In this document: positions 26,538 through 37,043 of the stretch, one piece after another
Layout of the letters: the number at the start of each line of letters is the position of its first letter
Position numbering within the stretch: the first letter of the stretch is position 1
Assembly (NCBI GenBank): GCA_963767115.1
Contig: CAVYCR010000001.1
Coordinates: 66,430 to 130,429 of the forward strand
Length of the DNA: 64,000 nt
From: Candidatus Kaiserbacteria bacterium
Lineage (GTDB): Bacteria > Patescibacteriota > Minisyncoccia > Phycocordibacterales > UBA2100
Direction of reading: 5' to 3'
Translations under genes and position numbers: made by a program
The notes under the pieces: generated by a model
What the model was told of the DNA's origin: nothing
Databases searched by the model: none
Seen by the model: only the letters and a program-made list of their open reading frames with translations

Positions 26538-26695
26538 GCAGAGGCGTCTTATGCCTTTTGCGAACTGAACGCGATTGCATACGCACCGACTCTCAAAAAA
26601 CATCGAGGCTAAGCCTCGATTTTTTTCTACTGCCGGTACTGTGCCTGGGATGATTTCGCTGCGCGAGGTTCGCAAAAGGCATAAGACGCCTCTGC
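26538..26695. repeat. Long inverted repeat (28-bp perfect stem, 102-nt interior) spanning the yidC-jag spacer
   Basis: 26538-26565 (gcagaggcgtcttatgccttttgcgaac) is the exact reverse complement of 26668-26695. The inner arm end (ttttgcgaac / gttcgcaaaa) is the same as in the hairpin at 44627-44752. Confidence 0.85.
26595..26627 (+). terminator. Rho-independent (bidirectional-type) terminator after yidC
   Basis: aaaaaac ATCGAGGC taa GCCTCGAT ttttttt: an 8-bp stem flanked by an A-run and a T-run. It lies inside the 26538-26695 inverted repeat. Confidence 0.7.
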
Positions 26696-26751
26696 GGGCA
26701 CCTTTATTCGCATTTGCAGGCGAAGTGTCGTATAGTGCTCGCATCGAGCCT

Positions 26752-27243
26752 ATGAACCCTCCTATCGAAACCATCCTCTCAGAACTTCTCGCTTCCCTTG
26801 GTATGGGCGACGCAAAGATCGTGCGATCCGAGATCGCCGGGCAGATCGTCTTTTCTATAGAAACACCGGACGATCGTGCTTTTATCAGCAACCACGCCGA
26901 GGCAGTGCATGCTCTCGATCACCTCGTGAAGAAAATCGCTGAGAAGAAGTCGGGGTCTATGCCAAGCGATGATGAGACACAAGCCGAAAATCCTCGAGGC
27001 AGCCGTATGATGTTCCTTGTCGACATTGGCGGCCAGCGCACCAAGCACATCAAGGATTTGCAGGCGCGAGCCTTGATGATGGCGGAGCGCTCCCGCAGCT
27101 TTCAATACGACGTCGAGCTCTCACCAATGAGCTCTTACGAGCGTCTCATTGTTCATACTACCCTGCAGGATATTCCCAACGTAAAGACTGAGTCCCTTGG
27201 CGACGGTCGCAACCGCCGCGTCGTTATCAAGTACGCCGCTTAG
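26752..27243 (+). CDS. jag: Jag/KhpB-type RNA-binding protein (KH + R3H domains)
   Basis: ORF 26575..27243. The C-terminal R3H region is SPMSSYERLIVHTTLQDIPNVKTESLGDGRNRRVVIKY, and the gene is in the canonical position after yidC. The start is set to the ATG at 26752 (MNPPIETIL...) because the upstream part covers the inverted repeat and terminator. TATAGT lies at 26731-26736. Confidence 0.8.
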   Translation: MNPPIETILSELLASLGMGDAKIVRSEIAGQIVFSIETPDDRAFISNHAEAVHALDHLVKKIAEKKSGSMPSDDETQAENPRGSRMMFLVDIGGQRTKHIKDLQARALMMAERSRSFQYDVELSPMSSYERLIVHTTLQDIPNVKTESLGDGRNRRVVIKYAA

Positions 27244-27261
27244 GGCAGGAGAAAATCTTTA

Positions 27262-27744
27262 TTAACACTGAGAGCCGGTCGCCGTCGTAGTGAAGCTGTT
27301 CAAGACCGCGTTGAGGTTGAGGATGCACGGGTTGATCTGATAGAGGACCAGCCAGATCGAGAGCAGGATGACGAGCCCAATAGTCGCATCCGATATGATC
27401 TCGCGCGCTTTTCCCTTGCTCGAGACTATGTCGCTGCCCATATACAGGAATCCTCCATACACGATGCGTACGACTGCTGCTATGGCACCCAAGCTGATGC
27501 AGGTCTCGAAGATCGCGTTGAGGTATCCTGAAAGGGAGTTGCCTTGAAATATATTGCTGAATTGAGTCGCGTTGCCGTAGTTGGCGAGCGGTACGAAGGT
27601 GGGTGTAGTGGGCGTGCTATATGACGGGCCATAGGATGAGCCTGCACCTCCGTTGTCAGCATGTGCCGCGCAGACAAGTGTAAATACAACAAGCAGGCAT
27701 ATGATGCTGGTGAATGAAAACCTGCGAACGAGAGTACCTTTCAT
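27262..27744 (-). CDS. Type IV secretion pilin-like protein (VirB2/TrbC-like topology), last gene of the T4SS-like cluster
   Basis: Signal/TM segment SIICLLVVFTLVCAAHA, then two C-terminal hydrophobic helices (ISLGAIAAVVRIVYGGFLYM and TIGLVILLSIWLVLYQI). Size is 160 aa. The assignment rests on topology and context only. Confidence 0.45.
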   Translation of the reverse strand: MKGTLVRRFSFTSIICLLVVFTLVCAAHADNGGAGSSYGPSYSTPTTPTFVPLANYGNATQFSNIFQGNSLSGYLNAIFETCISLGAIAAVVRIVYGGFLYMGSDIVSSKGKAREIISDATIGLVILLSIWLVLYQINPCILNLNAVLNSFTTTATGSQC

Positions 27745-27748
27745 ATCT

Positions 27749-28985
27749 CTATTGTGTCACATTCAAGACCCAGAGCGATTCGTCGGTGGCGTTTTGGAAT
27801 GCGATGTAGGTTCCCGTAGGATCCATCACGGGGTTTTGTACGTCGAGTGAGACTCCGTCGGAGCTCGGCGAATACACTAGTGTCTCCTGTCCGCTCGAGA
27901 GATCTATCTGCCACCAATTGTCTGAAGTACTGACAAGCCCTTGATACCATTCTTGCAAGAAGTCGCCTGTGGGCGCGGAAGTCGGCACGGCACAATACAC
28001 TATGGTGCTCGCTCCCGGCATCCAGACGCATTTGTCGGCAATTGTCTGAATCGTGGCGGTCGTCGGTGTCGTTGTGGCTCGAGTGAAAAGCGATAGAGAC
28101 GAACCATTGGAGCTTCCATATACCAAAGCAGAACCCCCTGGCTGTGCGTTCAAGGTGAGTCCTTGTATGTCGTGCATCAAGGGCGTAAGGGTGCTGTTTG
28201 CGCCGAGTGTATAGGCATATCCCGGCACGCCGTCTTGCGGACTTTCAAGCAAGATTATGCGATTGTCGGAGAGATAGGATGCATCCCAACTACCCACGAG
28301 CGAGTAAAAAACATGCGTGCTCTTGGTGCCGCTCCAGTTCTGGCTATAGCCGTCGACGCCGCCCTTGGGGCTCGCGGTCAGATAGAAGATCGCGTCCGTC
28401 TTCGGGTTCATTGCGACCTGCAGGATATTCGGCTGCATGTATGATCCATACAGCGTGCCGTTCGTAGTCGATGTCGCGTTGGTACTGGTCGCGATGGTGC
28501 CGAGGAAGGTCGTCACATTGCCGGCTCTCGTCGATCGAACGCTCGATGATACTTCCGTCATAGCTCACATATGCCTGATAAATCTTCGGCATGAGTGTGT
28601 CAGTAAGCCTTGAAGTAAGACGACTTGCGGGTTCGGCATTGAAGACATATCCGTTGGCGCGCTCCACATAATAGAGATCTGGCGTACTCGAGCTCATTAT
28701 GAAGCCCATACCCGAGGTCGGTGCGGGGTCTACTTCCCAGAGCTTGGAGGATGAGGTGGCGAGCGTCGGCGAAGAAGCGGCGGAGATACCGGAGCCCACC
28801 AGTTGGTTTTGTGGGGTGCTGCCGCCTGTCCCGTTGAAATCCGGCGTCGAAGTGCCGAAGCTCGTCGCGACACTCGTCGATGAGCCAGCCTTTGAATTGA
28901 TATAGAAATACCATCCGGCAAGAGCACCGATGATCAGTACAATGATGCCGACGAGCACGAATCTGATGATGGTTGAGATGCTCAT
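27749..28985 (-). pseudogene. N-terminally anchored beta-propeller-like (TolB/PD40-like) protein, single frameshift near 28525 as sequenced
   Basis: ORFs 28344..28985 (TM segment IIRFVLVGIIVLIIGALAGWYFY) and 27749..28561 overlap. Sensible text switches frame at ...YVSYDGSIIERSIDES / AGNVTTFLGTIATS.... The upstream ORF then continues as Arg-rich junk. The C-terminal part has DPTGTYIAFQN-type propeller repeats. Confidence 0.6.
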
Positions 28986-28989
28986 ATGA

Positions 28990-30078
28990 TTAGAGACCGC
29001 TGTTGAACAAGTTGCCCGAATCAGGCTTCGCGCTCTCCGTCGAGCCGCTCCCGGAACTGCCCGAACCTACCGAGCCAAAGGTGAAATTCCACGAGCTCTT
29101 CGCGTCGAGGAAGATGTTGGTCGCATGGGTGACCTCAAGCGCGAGCTGTGCTTGCCCCGAAGAGTTTGCCGCATTGATCGTGATCTCACTCGGATCCTGT
29201 GCGCTCGCCTTGACTGGTGAGTCGTTGATAGTCCACGCGTAGGTGAGATTGGAATCGTTCGGGCTCTGAGCTTGTGCGAAATACGGCACCGCGGCGAAGG
29301 TAGTCTGGCTTCCAGGGATCGACGCACTCGATGCGAAACCGTTGTAGTACGTGATACCAAAAAGCGGATGGTCTTGATACAGCACGATCTGCGGGTTTGC
29401 TGCAGGTACTAAAAGCGATGCACTGCCGGTATAATCGCCGTCTTGCGACTCGGTGTCGATTTCTACCACCGTGCTCCCATCGAGCGGAGGCGCCGGCAGA
29501 AGCACAGACGATCTGCCGAGACCCGAGAGATTTCCCAAGACCACGTCATTTTCTTTCCAGGTGTAGTTGATTTGCGAAGATGGAACGAGCGTACCGTCAG
29601 CTCGCTTGAAATACACGATTGCTTGCACGCGGATAGGGGTGCCAGCTGAGGGCAGTGCACGACCCTTATAAAAAGGCGGTACATACGTGTTGCTGTCCAT
29701 AAGGAGGTCGACCTCTGTCGGTGAGATGGTCGATTGTGCTTGTACCTGCGTGCCATCAAGCGCCGTGACAGAGGCGACAATATTCATGTGCGATCCAAGC
29801 GGCCCTGCCGTCACATTGGTGCTTGTCATACCGGTGCCTTGTGCTATCGTCGTGCCGTTTGATCGCCAAACGACCGTACTGTCTGAAAGGTCGACCGACG
29901 TGTCCTGTAGTGTAAGAGAAACAGTATCGCCGGGCGCGGGGTTTTGCGGTGAGGCCGTGATTGATGCATTTTCATTCTGCCCGGAGAGATTGAGTATAGA
30001 AAAGTTGGTCTGCGCGAAAGCAGTCGAAACACTCATGAGCGCCATGAGAAGAGCGAGAGTACTCGCCAACGATTTCAT
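28990..30078 (-). CDS. Secreted hypothetical protein (362 aa) of the T4SS-like cluster
   Basis: Signal peptide MKSLASTLALLMALMSVSTAFAQ. Beta-rich, Ig-like composition with a Gly/Ser tail. Confidence 0.7.
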   Translation of the reverse strand: MKSLASTLALLMALMSVSTAFAQTNFSILNLSGQNENASITASPQNPAPGDTVSLTLQDTSVDLSDSTVVWRSNGTTIAQGTGMTSTNVTAGPLGSHMNIVASVTALDGTQVQAQSTISPTEVDLLMDSNTYVPPFYKGRALPSAGTPIRVQAIVYFKRADGTLVPSSQINYTWKENDVVLGNLSGLGRSSVLLPAPPLDGSTVVEIDTESQDGDYTGSASLLVPAANPQIVLYQDHPLFGITYYNGFASSASIPGSQTTFAAVPYFAQAQSPNDSNLTYAWTINDSPVKASAQDPSEITINAANSSGQAQLALEVTHATNIFLDAKSSWNFTFGSVGSGSSGSGSTESAKPDSGNLFNSGL

Positions 30079-30106
30079 ACACCCATTATACCGTCTCTTT
30101 GGAGGG

Positions 30107-30436
30107 TTATTTGTCTTGTTGACTCGCTTCGAAGGATAAGCGGTTTTCTCGGATCATCTTATACACAAAATAGCTCCAACCCGGGAATAATTCGGATACA
30201 GGAAAGAATTTAAAAAGTACGGTAGTTATGAACCTGCCCGGTGCTTTTCGCGCAATACTTACGCCGAGATGGCTGAACCAAATGGCTATAATAAAGCCAA
30301 CGATAGGATCTAAGAGTGAGTCAATTATCCAGCCCAAGCCGAGTACAAATCCTAGTATGAAGCTAAGGAGGTCAGCCACGCCGGCAAATACTCTAAGCAT
30401 CGTCGCACTCCCCGCACTGATTTTACCCTCGTTCAT
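30107..30436 (-). CDS. Small integral membrane protein (109 aa, about 3 TM segments)
   Basis: Hydrophobic segments LRVFAGVADLLSFILGFVLGLGWII and IVGFIIAIWFSHLGV. Its ATG overlaps the stop of the VirB4-like gene (ATGA). Confidence 0.6.
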   Translation of the reverse strand: MNEGKISAGSATMLRVFAGVADLLSFILGFVLGLGWIIDSLLDPIVGFIIAIWFSHLGVSIARKAPGRFITTVLFKFFPVSELFPGWSYFVYKMIRENRLSFEASQQDK

Positions 30437-33112
30437 GCGTTGCCTTGAAGTGCGTTGCTGTTAAGGCCTCCGCCGACGGGTGCAGTATCGGCGCCGGGAG
30501 CTGCAAAGGCCGCGGCCGGTGCAGCGGCAGCCGGTATCGGCGCCGGCCGTTCAGGAGGTGCGAGCTCAGCCGAGGCGATCTCCCCTTCCGGCCCGCCTTC
30601 GTTGACCGCGGCGAGTTCCTGCTTCGCCTTTTTGATCGCAAGGATCTGCGACGGGTCGGAGGTGATGATCTGGTCTTCGGTGTACGAGGCGATGACCTTG
30701 ATGCGCGACGTGCTTCAAGCCCGCGAAGAAGATCCCCTCCCCTACATCGGATTCGAGCAGCAGATATTTTTCCTCGTCGGAGAGTTTGAAGGTCTGCTGC
30801 ACGAGGTCGACCGAGGTCGGCGATTGGCGCAAAAGAGTTGAATCGACGAGTTGGTGATCATCGGGATGCCGTAGGGCGAGTTGAGGAAGTCGGAGACGTC
30901 CTGCGTGATCGTCGAGATGCCGAGGTAGTATTTGCGGCCGCGCTTCGCGATACCGAAGAGGAACGAAGCCGTGTCTTCGGAGCGCATCATCCACCACGCC
31001 TCGTCGATGACGAGCAGGCGCTTGCGCAACTCTTTGCGCACGGGTTCCAGATGTGGTGCGTGATGATGTACATCGCGACCGGCTTGAGGTCGTCTTCCAT
31101 GTCGCGCACCGAGAAGACGACGAGCTTTTTGTTCATGTCGACGTTGGTCGGCCGGTTCATAAAGCCGCGACCACGTGCCTTTGGTGTATTTGCTCAGAGA
31201 CGCTGCACGAGCGATCTCGCTCCCTTCCATGCCGGAGAGCACGAGCTCGAAGTCGGAGAGAAGCGGCGGCTCGACTGAGCGCGAAGTTGGCGTCCGCGCG
31301 TGATGTCTTTGAGCGCGTATGTCTCGGTGATCGCACGGTCGATGATCGCGTCTTCTTCCGGCGTGAGGCCGCCGAGCATGATGCGGAAGAGGCCGACGAG
31401 CGTGATGATGTTGTTGCGCAAGACGTCCGAGGGCGCTTCGTCTTCGCGCGGGATCGGCAAGGTCGAAGGGATTGATGTGGTGCTCGGAGCGAAAGTGAAA
31501 TGTTGAAATAGCGGCCGCCGACCGTTTCGGCGAGATATTCGTATTCGCGTTCAGGGTCGATGACGATGACCTCGGTGTCGAACATGAGGGAGCGCAAGAT
31601 TTCGAGCTTGGTCGTGTAGCGATTTGCCCGCACCGGATTTGGCGAAAGTCACGGAGTTGTAGTTTTCGAGGCTAGAAGCTGATCAAAGAGGATCAGCGAC
31701 GAGTTGTGGCGGTTGATGCCGTAGAGGATGCCACGGTCGGAGGTGAGGTCGAAAGAGATGAACGGGAAGATCGAGGAGAGCGGCGCGGAATTGAGCTTGG
31801 TGTGCACGTCGAGCTCGTCGGTGCCGAGCGGCAGGACCGAGCGGAAGCCTTGTTCTTGTTGGAAAAGTGCCGGGCGGATGTAGACGAGACGGCTTTCGAG
31901 AATGCCGCGGATCTCGGTCTCGATCTTGTCGATCTCTTCGCGCGTAGTTGCCGTAGATCGTGAGGTAGAGGCCCACTTCGAAGATGCGCTCCTGCGCCTG
32001 TTGCAAGGAGTCGCGCAACTGCTCGAGGTCGCGAGTAGGCGGTGTCGAGCATCGGGTCGCGCACCATCCCCTTCTCTTCGCGCGTCGAGATCTGCGACTG
32101 CACCTCGGCGACTTTCTTCTGGAATTTGCGGAGCATCTCGTTGGTGTCCATCGGATGGATGAAGATCGAGATGTCGATCACTTTGTCCATGTTGATGATC
32201 GGCGCGAACCACCCCGTCGTGAGGAAGCGCGGATACGAGATGACGAAGAACGTGCGCGCGATCTTTCTCGCCCAGGTCGAGCTCGCGGGAATCGATCTTG
32301 AGCGCGTGCGGCGCGATCACGTCCTGCAGGTCGAGGACGCCGGTCTGGTAGATCTCCTCCGGCAGAACCGGCAACTCATGTTGAGGCTTTTCGGTCGGAT
32401 CTTTTCTTCTGAAGTAAGTAGTCGAGTAGTGCCATACGTTATTAGTTATTGCTTCAAGCGGCATCGGCTTGCCTTCTTCGCCCGGGTTGAACATCTTGTA
32501 GAGAAGCTCGATCGCTTCTTCGGTGCCGAGCTGTACGGTGCGCACGCCCGTGCGCACGAGGCCTTGCTGCACGATCGAGATGCGCTGTTCAAGCTGGGAG
32601 ACTTGCTCTTCGAAAGTCTTGTTGGCGTTCGTTCGGCTCGGTCTTCTTGTTGCCGAACGGCAGCATTTTGCCGACGCCGCTCTTGCTGATGCGAGACTGA
32701 AGCGAATACGGCACGACGACGAAGAAATTCTTGGTCATGATGTTGGCGGCCTCGGTGAAGCTCTTGATGAACTCGATGTATTCGCGGATCTGCACGCGCA
32801 TGAGGTCGTCGAGCTGCTCCTTGTATTGCGCTTCGAGCGTCGCGATATACGGGCGGATGTCGAGCATGCGCGATTGCACGAAGATCTGACACGGAGAAAT
32901 CAAGCGAGTTGAGGAAATTCTGGAATTGCACGATGAAGGCGGTCTGCTCGTCCTCGCTCTTGAGTGCGAAGTTGATCGATGAGGCGAGGAGGATCGCGCG
33001 CAGGCTGCCGTCTTTGAGGATGACGACGCCGTCACGCACTTCGCGAGACCGGCACGAATTCCTGCGTGGAGCGGCTGTTGGATCGTGGTGTTGATGGACG
33101 TTGGGTAGGCAT
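30433..33112 (-). pseudogene. virB4: VirB4/TraC/PrgJ-type type IV secretion ATPase, reading frame broken at a dozen or more points as sequenced
   Basis: Homologous text hops through minus-strand ORFs 32446..33039, 32589..33035, 31649..32572, 31693..32190, 31683..32018, 31157..31633, 31194..31460, 30742..31242 and 30566..30997. It includes VRDGVVILKDGSLRAILLASSINFALKSEDEQ, Walker A FAKSGAGKS (read by hand at about 31640), EVIVIDPEREYEYL, Walker B LLVIDEAWWMM and RKYYLGISTITQDVSDF. ATG at 33112, TGA at 30433-30435. Confidence 0.85.
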
Positions 33113-33118
33113 AGATGG

Positions 33119-33614
33119 TTAGCGCACGAGCGCGTCGCGCGCGGTCCTGATGGGCTTCATGGCGTCATAGGCGAGCGCGGTCGCTCTCGTCAGCGGAGCC
33201 CGCGGCAATGCGCTCCTTGATGTCGAGACTCCAAGCGAGGTCATGCAGACGGCTCTCTGAGAGACTTCGGGATGTAGAGATCAGGTTGCTCGAGAGTCTG
33301 TGCAGTCACAACCGACTTTTTCTCCGTCGGGTTTGCGCTCGTTGTTCCACAAGTAGAGCCGTGGTTGGAGGACGAAGTAGAAACCGTTCTCAAGCGCGAG
33401 AATGAACGGCCGGCCGTTGTACTCAAAGAAAGCGAGCGCTGCTGCGAAGGCCTACGACGATCATGATGAGCGGTACTGCGACGAAGAGCGGGAGGATGCG
33501 CCACAAGACATAAGACAAGCCACCACCGCCGCCGATCTAGATGAATTGTCTGAAGGTGAGCGGGCCGAAAATCTTGTCCTCGACCTCGATGAATTGAGGA
33601 ACTTGGAACTGCAT
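33119..33614 (-). pseudogene. PrgI-family (VirB3-like) small membrane protein, with one in-frame TAG and several frameshifts as sequenced
   Basis: Hand translation from the ATG at 33614 gives MQFQVPQFIEVEDKIFGPLTFRQFI*IGGGGGLSYVLWRILPLFVAVPLIMIVVGL, then AAALAFFEYNGRPFILALENGFYFVLQPRLYLWNNERKP in the next frame, and so on. The N-terminal VPQFI-x-EDKI-GPLT-RQF signature is typical of PrgI-like proteins encoded just upstream of VirB4 in Gram-positive-type systems. TATACT lies 8 nt upstream of the ATG. Confidence 0.6.
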
Positions 33615-33675
33615 CACTCAATAGTATACCAGTACTGCGTGTATATTCCCCTCTCTGTGCGTGCATAGAGAAGTC

Positions 33676-34311
33676 TCAGGCGATTTGTTCTCGATACGGA
33701 TCGCCTTCGATCGTCTTGCGTTCATGGCTTGCCGCCGATGAAGCATACGAAGGAGCGATAGAGGCGCGTGTGGCTTTGTCTTCGGGCGGTTGTGGCAACG
33801 GAGCAAGAGGTTGTGGCGGTAGTGCCGGAGGGGCAGCTGCGATAGGTGTAGGAGTCACGGCAGGTACCAGTGTCGCTGTCTCCTGAGTCTGATTCTGCTC
33901 GGATTCTTGCGCGAGTGTCTGTGTGCGTGCCGCCTCGACAGTGGATTCTTCAACAGCCTTCGCCTCCGGATGCTCCAGCTGCCGCTCAAGCTCCTCGCGA
34001 ATCGGGTCAAAGACGATTTGCATGATGCTCTCTGTGAGGGGTACAGCAACCTCTGGTGAGAGCCCAACATGGCGCTCTATGTTTTCGGTAAGATTCTCAG
34101 CGTTCTGAACACCGAGAAGTGTGAGCATGACTTCGTTTTCCAAAGCACCCCACTGATCAAGATGTAGATGATTCTTGTCACAAAGCTCACGCATGTGTTT
34201 TTCGACATCAGCTGACATAATCGCGTTCTGCACTACTTTAGGCAGAAGCTTGAATCGTTCAAACAGCTCTTTGCTCAAGTCCAACTGTTCGTGGGTGTCG
34301 CTTTGCGGCAT
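33676..34311 (-). CDS. Hypothetical protein (211 aa), helical N-terminal domain plus Pro/Ala-rich tail
   Basis: Intact ORF within the cluster with no recognisable motif. Confidence 0.6.
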   Translation of the reverse strand: MPQSDTHEQLDLSKELFERFKLLPKVVQNAIMSADVEKHMRELCDKNHLHLDQWGALENEVMLTLLGVQNAENLTENIERHVGLSPEVAVPLTESIMQIVFDPIREELERQLEHPEAKAVEESTVEAARTQTLAQESEQNQTQETATLVPAVTPTPIAAAPPALPPQPLAPLPQPPEDKATRASIAPSYASSAASHERKTIEGDPYREQIA

Positions 34312-34316
34312 AAAAT

Positions 34317-37043
34317 TTAGGTTGTTTTCTTATCCTCCTCATCTCTTTCTTTGACGTAATCCTTCATGATATCTGCAGCTGTCTTACCCCCCATTTTTTT
34401 GCTCTTCAACGTATCCCTTCTAGCGTTGTCGGCCAAGGCGTTGTTGTCGCCGGTGACACTGCCAACTACACGCTCTGAAATAGTGCCGCTCCGACGTGCT
34501 ATTTCACCAGCAACATTGGCAGCACCTTCCTTCACTTCAGCTTCTGCACGATTGCCAGCCTCCTTAGCTTTTACTTTGGTCTCCGCTTCATATTCATCGA
34601 GTGCACTCTGTTCTTTTGTGGTATATAACATCGTATTCTGCGCGATTTGAGAGTTGGTCGATTGAATTATCTTGTCGGCTTCGGTCACCTGTGCGCGTCG
34701 AGTCTTAATTTCACTGTCGACTGCCGTGAGTTTAGTGCGGATATCTTTCATTTTTGGATCGCTCTCCTCCATTTGTGCAGCTTCCAAGCGTGCCTTATCA
34801 ATGCGCTCTGCCTCATGGCGCATCTCGCTTCTACGATTCTCCTCAGTCTTGCTTATGTCGTTTTGTATATCTTTTCGTTTCGTTGGGTCAGTTTCGACAG
34901 CAAGTTTCTGTTGCATACCCTTTATATTTTGTTCATGACTTTCTTGCTTATTTTTACTGTCTTTTTGGAGATCATCCACTTCTGTTTGCTTGTGTGCGTA
35001 ATCAGGGTTAGACTCGCGGGCCGTATTCAATTCTTTGATAATGGTCTCCCTCTCCGTGCTCTTGGCGGCGATACTCTTTTCGATCTCAGCGCGCTCCGTC
35101 GTTTTCTGAAGCACTTGAGCCTTGAGCGGAATTGATGACTGTTCTGCCGACTCCCTCGCCTTCTTGAGATTGTCTTTCAGCTCGACTGTTCTTGTCTCAC
35201 GATCAGTCCGCACTCTCTCCTCTGCACTCTTGCGTACCTTAGATATGTCGTCTCTACTCGGTGTTATCTTATCGATATTGTCTTTAGTGCTGGCCTTACG
35301 CTTTGCCACTGCATCATCAAACGACTTACCTGCGGTCTTTGCGCGTTGTGTAACATAACCGTTAGACTGCCGTGTAGCCAAACGTGCAAGCCGATTGGAC
35401 TCGTCTTGTTTTTGTTTAGCCTCCGCATGCTCGCCTTTATTTGAGTGTATGTCCGCTTCAAGCTTGAGCCTGCCGGATTCGTTGCGATTCCTTTCGGCTT
35501 CCTTGGTTCGGGAGTTTGCAAAACCGGAAGCCAACCTGCTCACTGTATTGCGATACGCAAACGAACCGACTGTACTGGTCGCACCCTTCAATGAACTCGG
35601 CAGTGCGTTGACGGTCAGGGCGCCGCCAGCTGAAGCGACTGAGTTTGAGATCTTGAAAGAAATGAAGAGAAACCCTATGCCAACGAGATACAAGATGATC
35701 GTTGCCCAGCCTGAAGTGGTAACGATCTGACTCGGGTCGCTTATCAAGGTACCCATGCTAGTGCCGCCGCTGCCGATGCCGCCTGCTGCTGAGCCGGCGT
35801 TGAGTATCAGCATCGTGATCCAAAGGAATATCATCAGGAGCGGACCGAAGATCGAGACGTTGATGAGCGCGCTCAACCACGTGCTGAAGCCATACTTGCC
35901 GCCCGAGAGCTTGGGGTGGAGATAGGTCGTAAGGGCGATCGAGGAGGTAAACATCAAGAACAGGATAATGAAGAAACGCTCTGCAAGGAGAAAACATCCA
36001 TAGCCCAGGACCAGCGCAAGTGCTATGAGTAGAAAGCCGCCGACTATGCCGAACATAAGTGTCTGCAGGCCGATCGAATACGCGCTGGCAGAACTTGCGG
36101 TCTGCCCGCTTGTTACATTTGTAGAGACCTGCTGTATCTGAGTAAAATTTGAGACAGCTTTCCCGGAATCGAAAATACTCTTCATACCCATCTTGTCCAA
36201 GAAGCCGCTTGTTATGTCGAGGACACCTCCCGCCGTCGTATCGCTTCCTAGGCCTTGTTGTGCCGCTATCTGACTGTAGAACTGATAGGCGGCGTCGTTC
36301 GAGAAGTCAACGACCATCTTAGTGAAAAGAAGGCTGAAGTTGATGAAAATGGCGACGATGAGCACGTTGGCGATCAGTTTCTTCTGGCCGTATTCCTTGA
36401 GACCGAGGATAATGTTGATCGCGATGAACGTAAACATCCCGATGATGACGATGTTGGCGAGGTTGCGGAAGAGCGTCCAGCCGGAGGTTATGGCGGTTGC
36501 AAGCCCGGAGTCCGAAAGCGTCTTACCGAAATTCACCACAAAATACCATATCAGGTAGTCAAAAACGAATCCCACGGTGCGCAAAATGCTTGCGCCAATG
36601 AAGAGAAAGACTGTCGCGATCCCCTGCATTGCAGGAATCCAGATACAATCTGTAAAAGTCCACGTCCCCCATATGAAACTACAGGATTTATCGACAGGTA
36701 CATTATTCTTATCGAGCGTTACTGTGCCACCAATTGAAGAAGTTGTTTGGCCGGCAGGGTTACCACTCGCATCGTAGAACTGATCTAAGTTTGAGCCGGT
36801 CCCGTCACCGTTGGGTATTTGTACTTCACATGCGTAGGCGACGTTTTGTAGTTTTGTTGATGAAAAAATCGATGGGTTTGAAGCAGGTGTTTCAAGAGTC
36901 TGTCCGCTTGGACATGAAGGAGTCGTATCGGCATATGCGACCGGAGTATCGCCAAAAAAGGTCGGAAAAACAAAAAATAGAACAAAACTCAACAGGAATG
37001 AGAAAACCAGACCTTTTTTATTGAAGTTTATTATGTGCTCCAT
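34317..37043 (-). CDS. Large polytopic membrane protein (VirB6/TrbL-like candidate) with a ~400-aa Lys/Glu/Arg-rich C-terminal tail
   Basis: ORF 34317..37088. The likely start is the ATG at 37043 (MEHIINFNKKGLVFSFLLSFVLFFVF...). It has six or more hydrophobic helices (for example IVIIGMFTFIAINIILGL, LIANVLIVAIFINFSLLF, WLSALINVSIFGPLLMIFLWITMLIL). The C-terminal third is highly charged and coiled-coil-like. Confidence 0.5.
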   Translation of the reverse strand: MEHIINFNKKGLVFSFLLSFVLFFVFPTFFGDTPVAYADTTPSCPSGQTLETPASNPSIFSSTKLQNVAYACEVQIPNGDGTGSNLDQFYDASGNPAGQTTSSIGGTVTLDKNNVPVDKSCSFIWGTWTFTDCIWIPAMQGIATVFLFIGASILRTVGFVFDYLIWYFVVNFGKTLSDSGLATAITSGWTLFRNLANIVIIGMFTFIAINIILGLKEYGQKKLIANVLIVAIFINFSLLFTKMVVDFSNDAAYQFYSQIAAQQGLGSDTTAGGVLDITSGFLDKMGMKSIFDSGKAVSNFTQIQQVSTNVTSGQTASSASAYSIGLQTLMFGIVGGFLLIALALVLGYGCFLLAERFFIILFLMFTSSIALTTYLHPKLSGGKYGFSTWLSALINVSIFGPLLMIFLWITMLILNAGSAAGGIGSGGTSMGTLISDPSQIVTTSGWATIILYLVGIGFLFISFKISNSVASAGGALTVNALPSSLKGATSTVGSFAYRNTVSRLASGFANSRTKEAERNRNESGRLKLEADIHSNKGEHAEAKQKQDESNRLARLATRQSNGYVTQRAKTAGKSFDDAVAKRKASTKDNIDKITPSRDDISKVRKSAEERVRTDRETRTVELKDNLKKARESAEQSSIPLKAQVLQKTTERAEIEKSIAAKSTERETIIKELNTARESNPDYAHKQTEVDDLQKDSKNKQESHEQNIKGMQQKLAVETDPTKRKDIQNDISKTEENRRSEMRHEAERIDKARLEAAQMEESDPKMKDIRTKLTAVDSEIKTRRAQVTEADKIIQSTNSQIAQNTMLYTTKEQSALDEYEAETKVKAKEAGNRAEAEVKEGAANVAGEIARRSGTISERVVGSVTGDNNALADNARRDTLKSKKMGGKTAADIMKDYVKERDEEDKKTT

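Noticed and set aside
26575-26751. Upstream in-frame extension of jag (start at 26575)
   Set aside because: The extension spans the yidC terminator and the 28-bp inverted repeat. The conserved Jag N-terminus begins at the ATG at 26752, which has its own TATAGT box.
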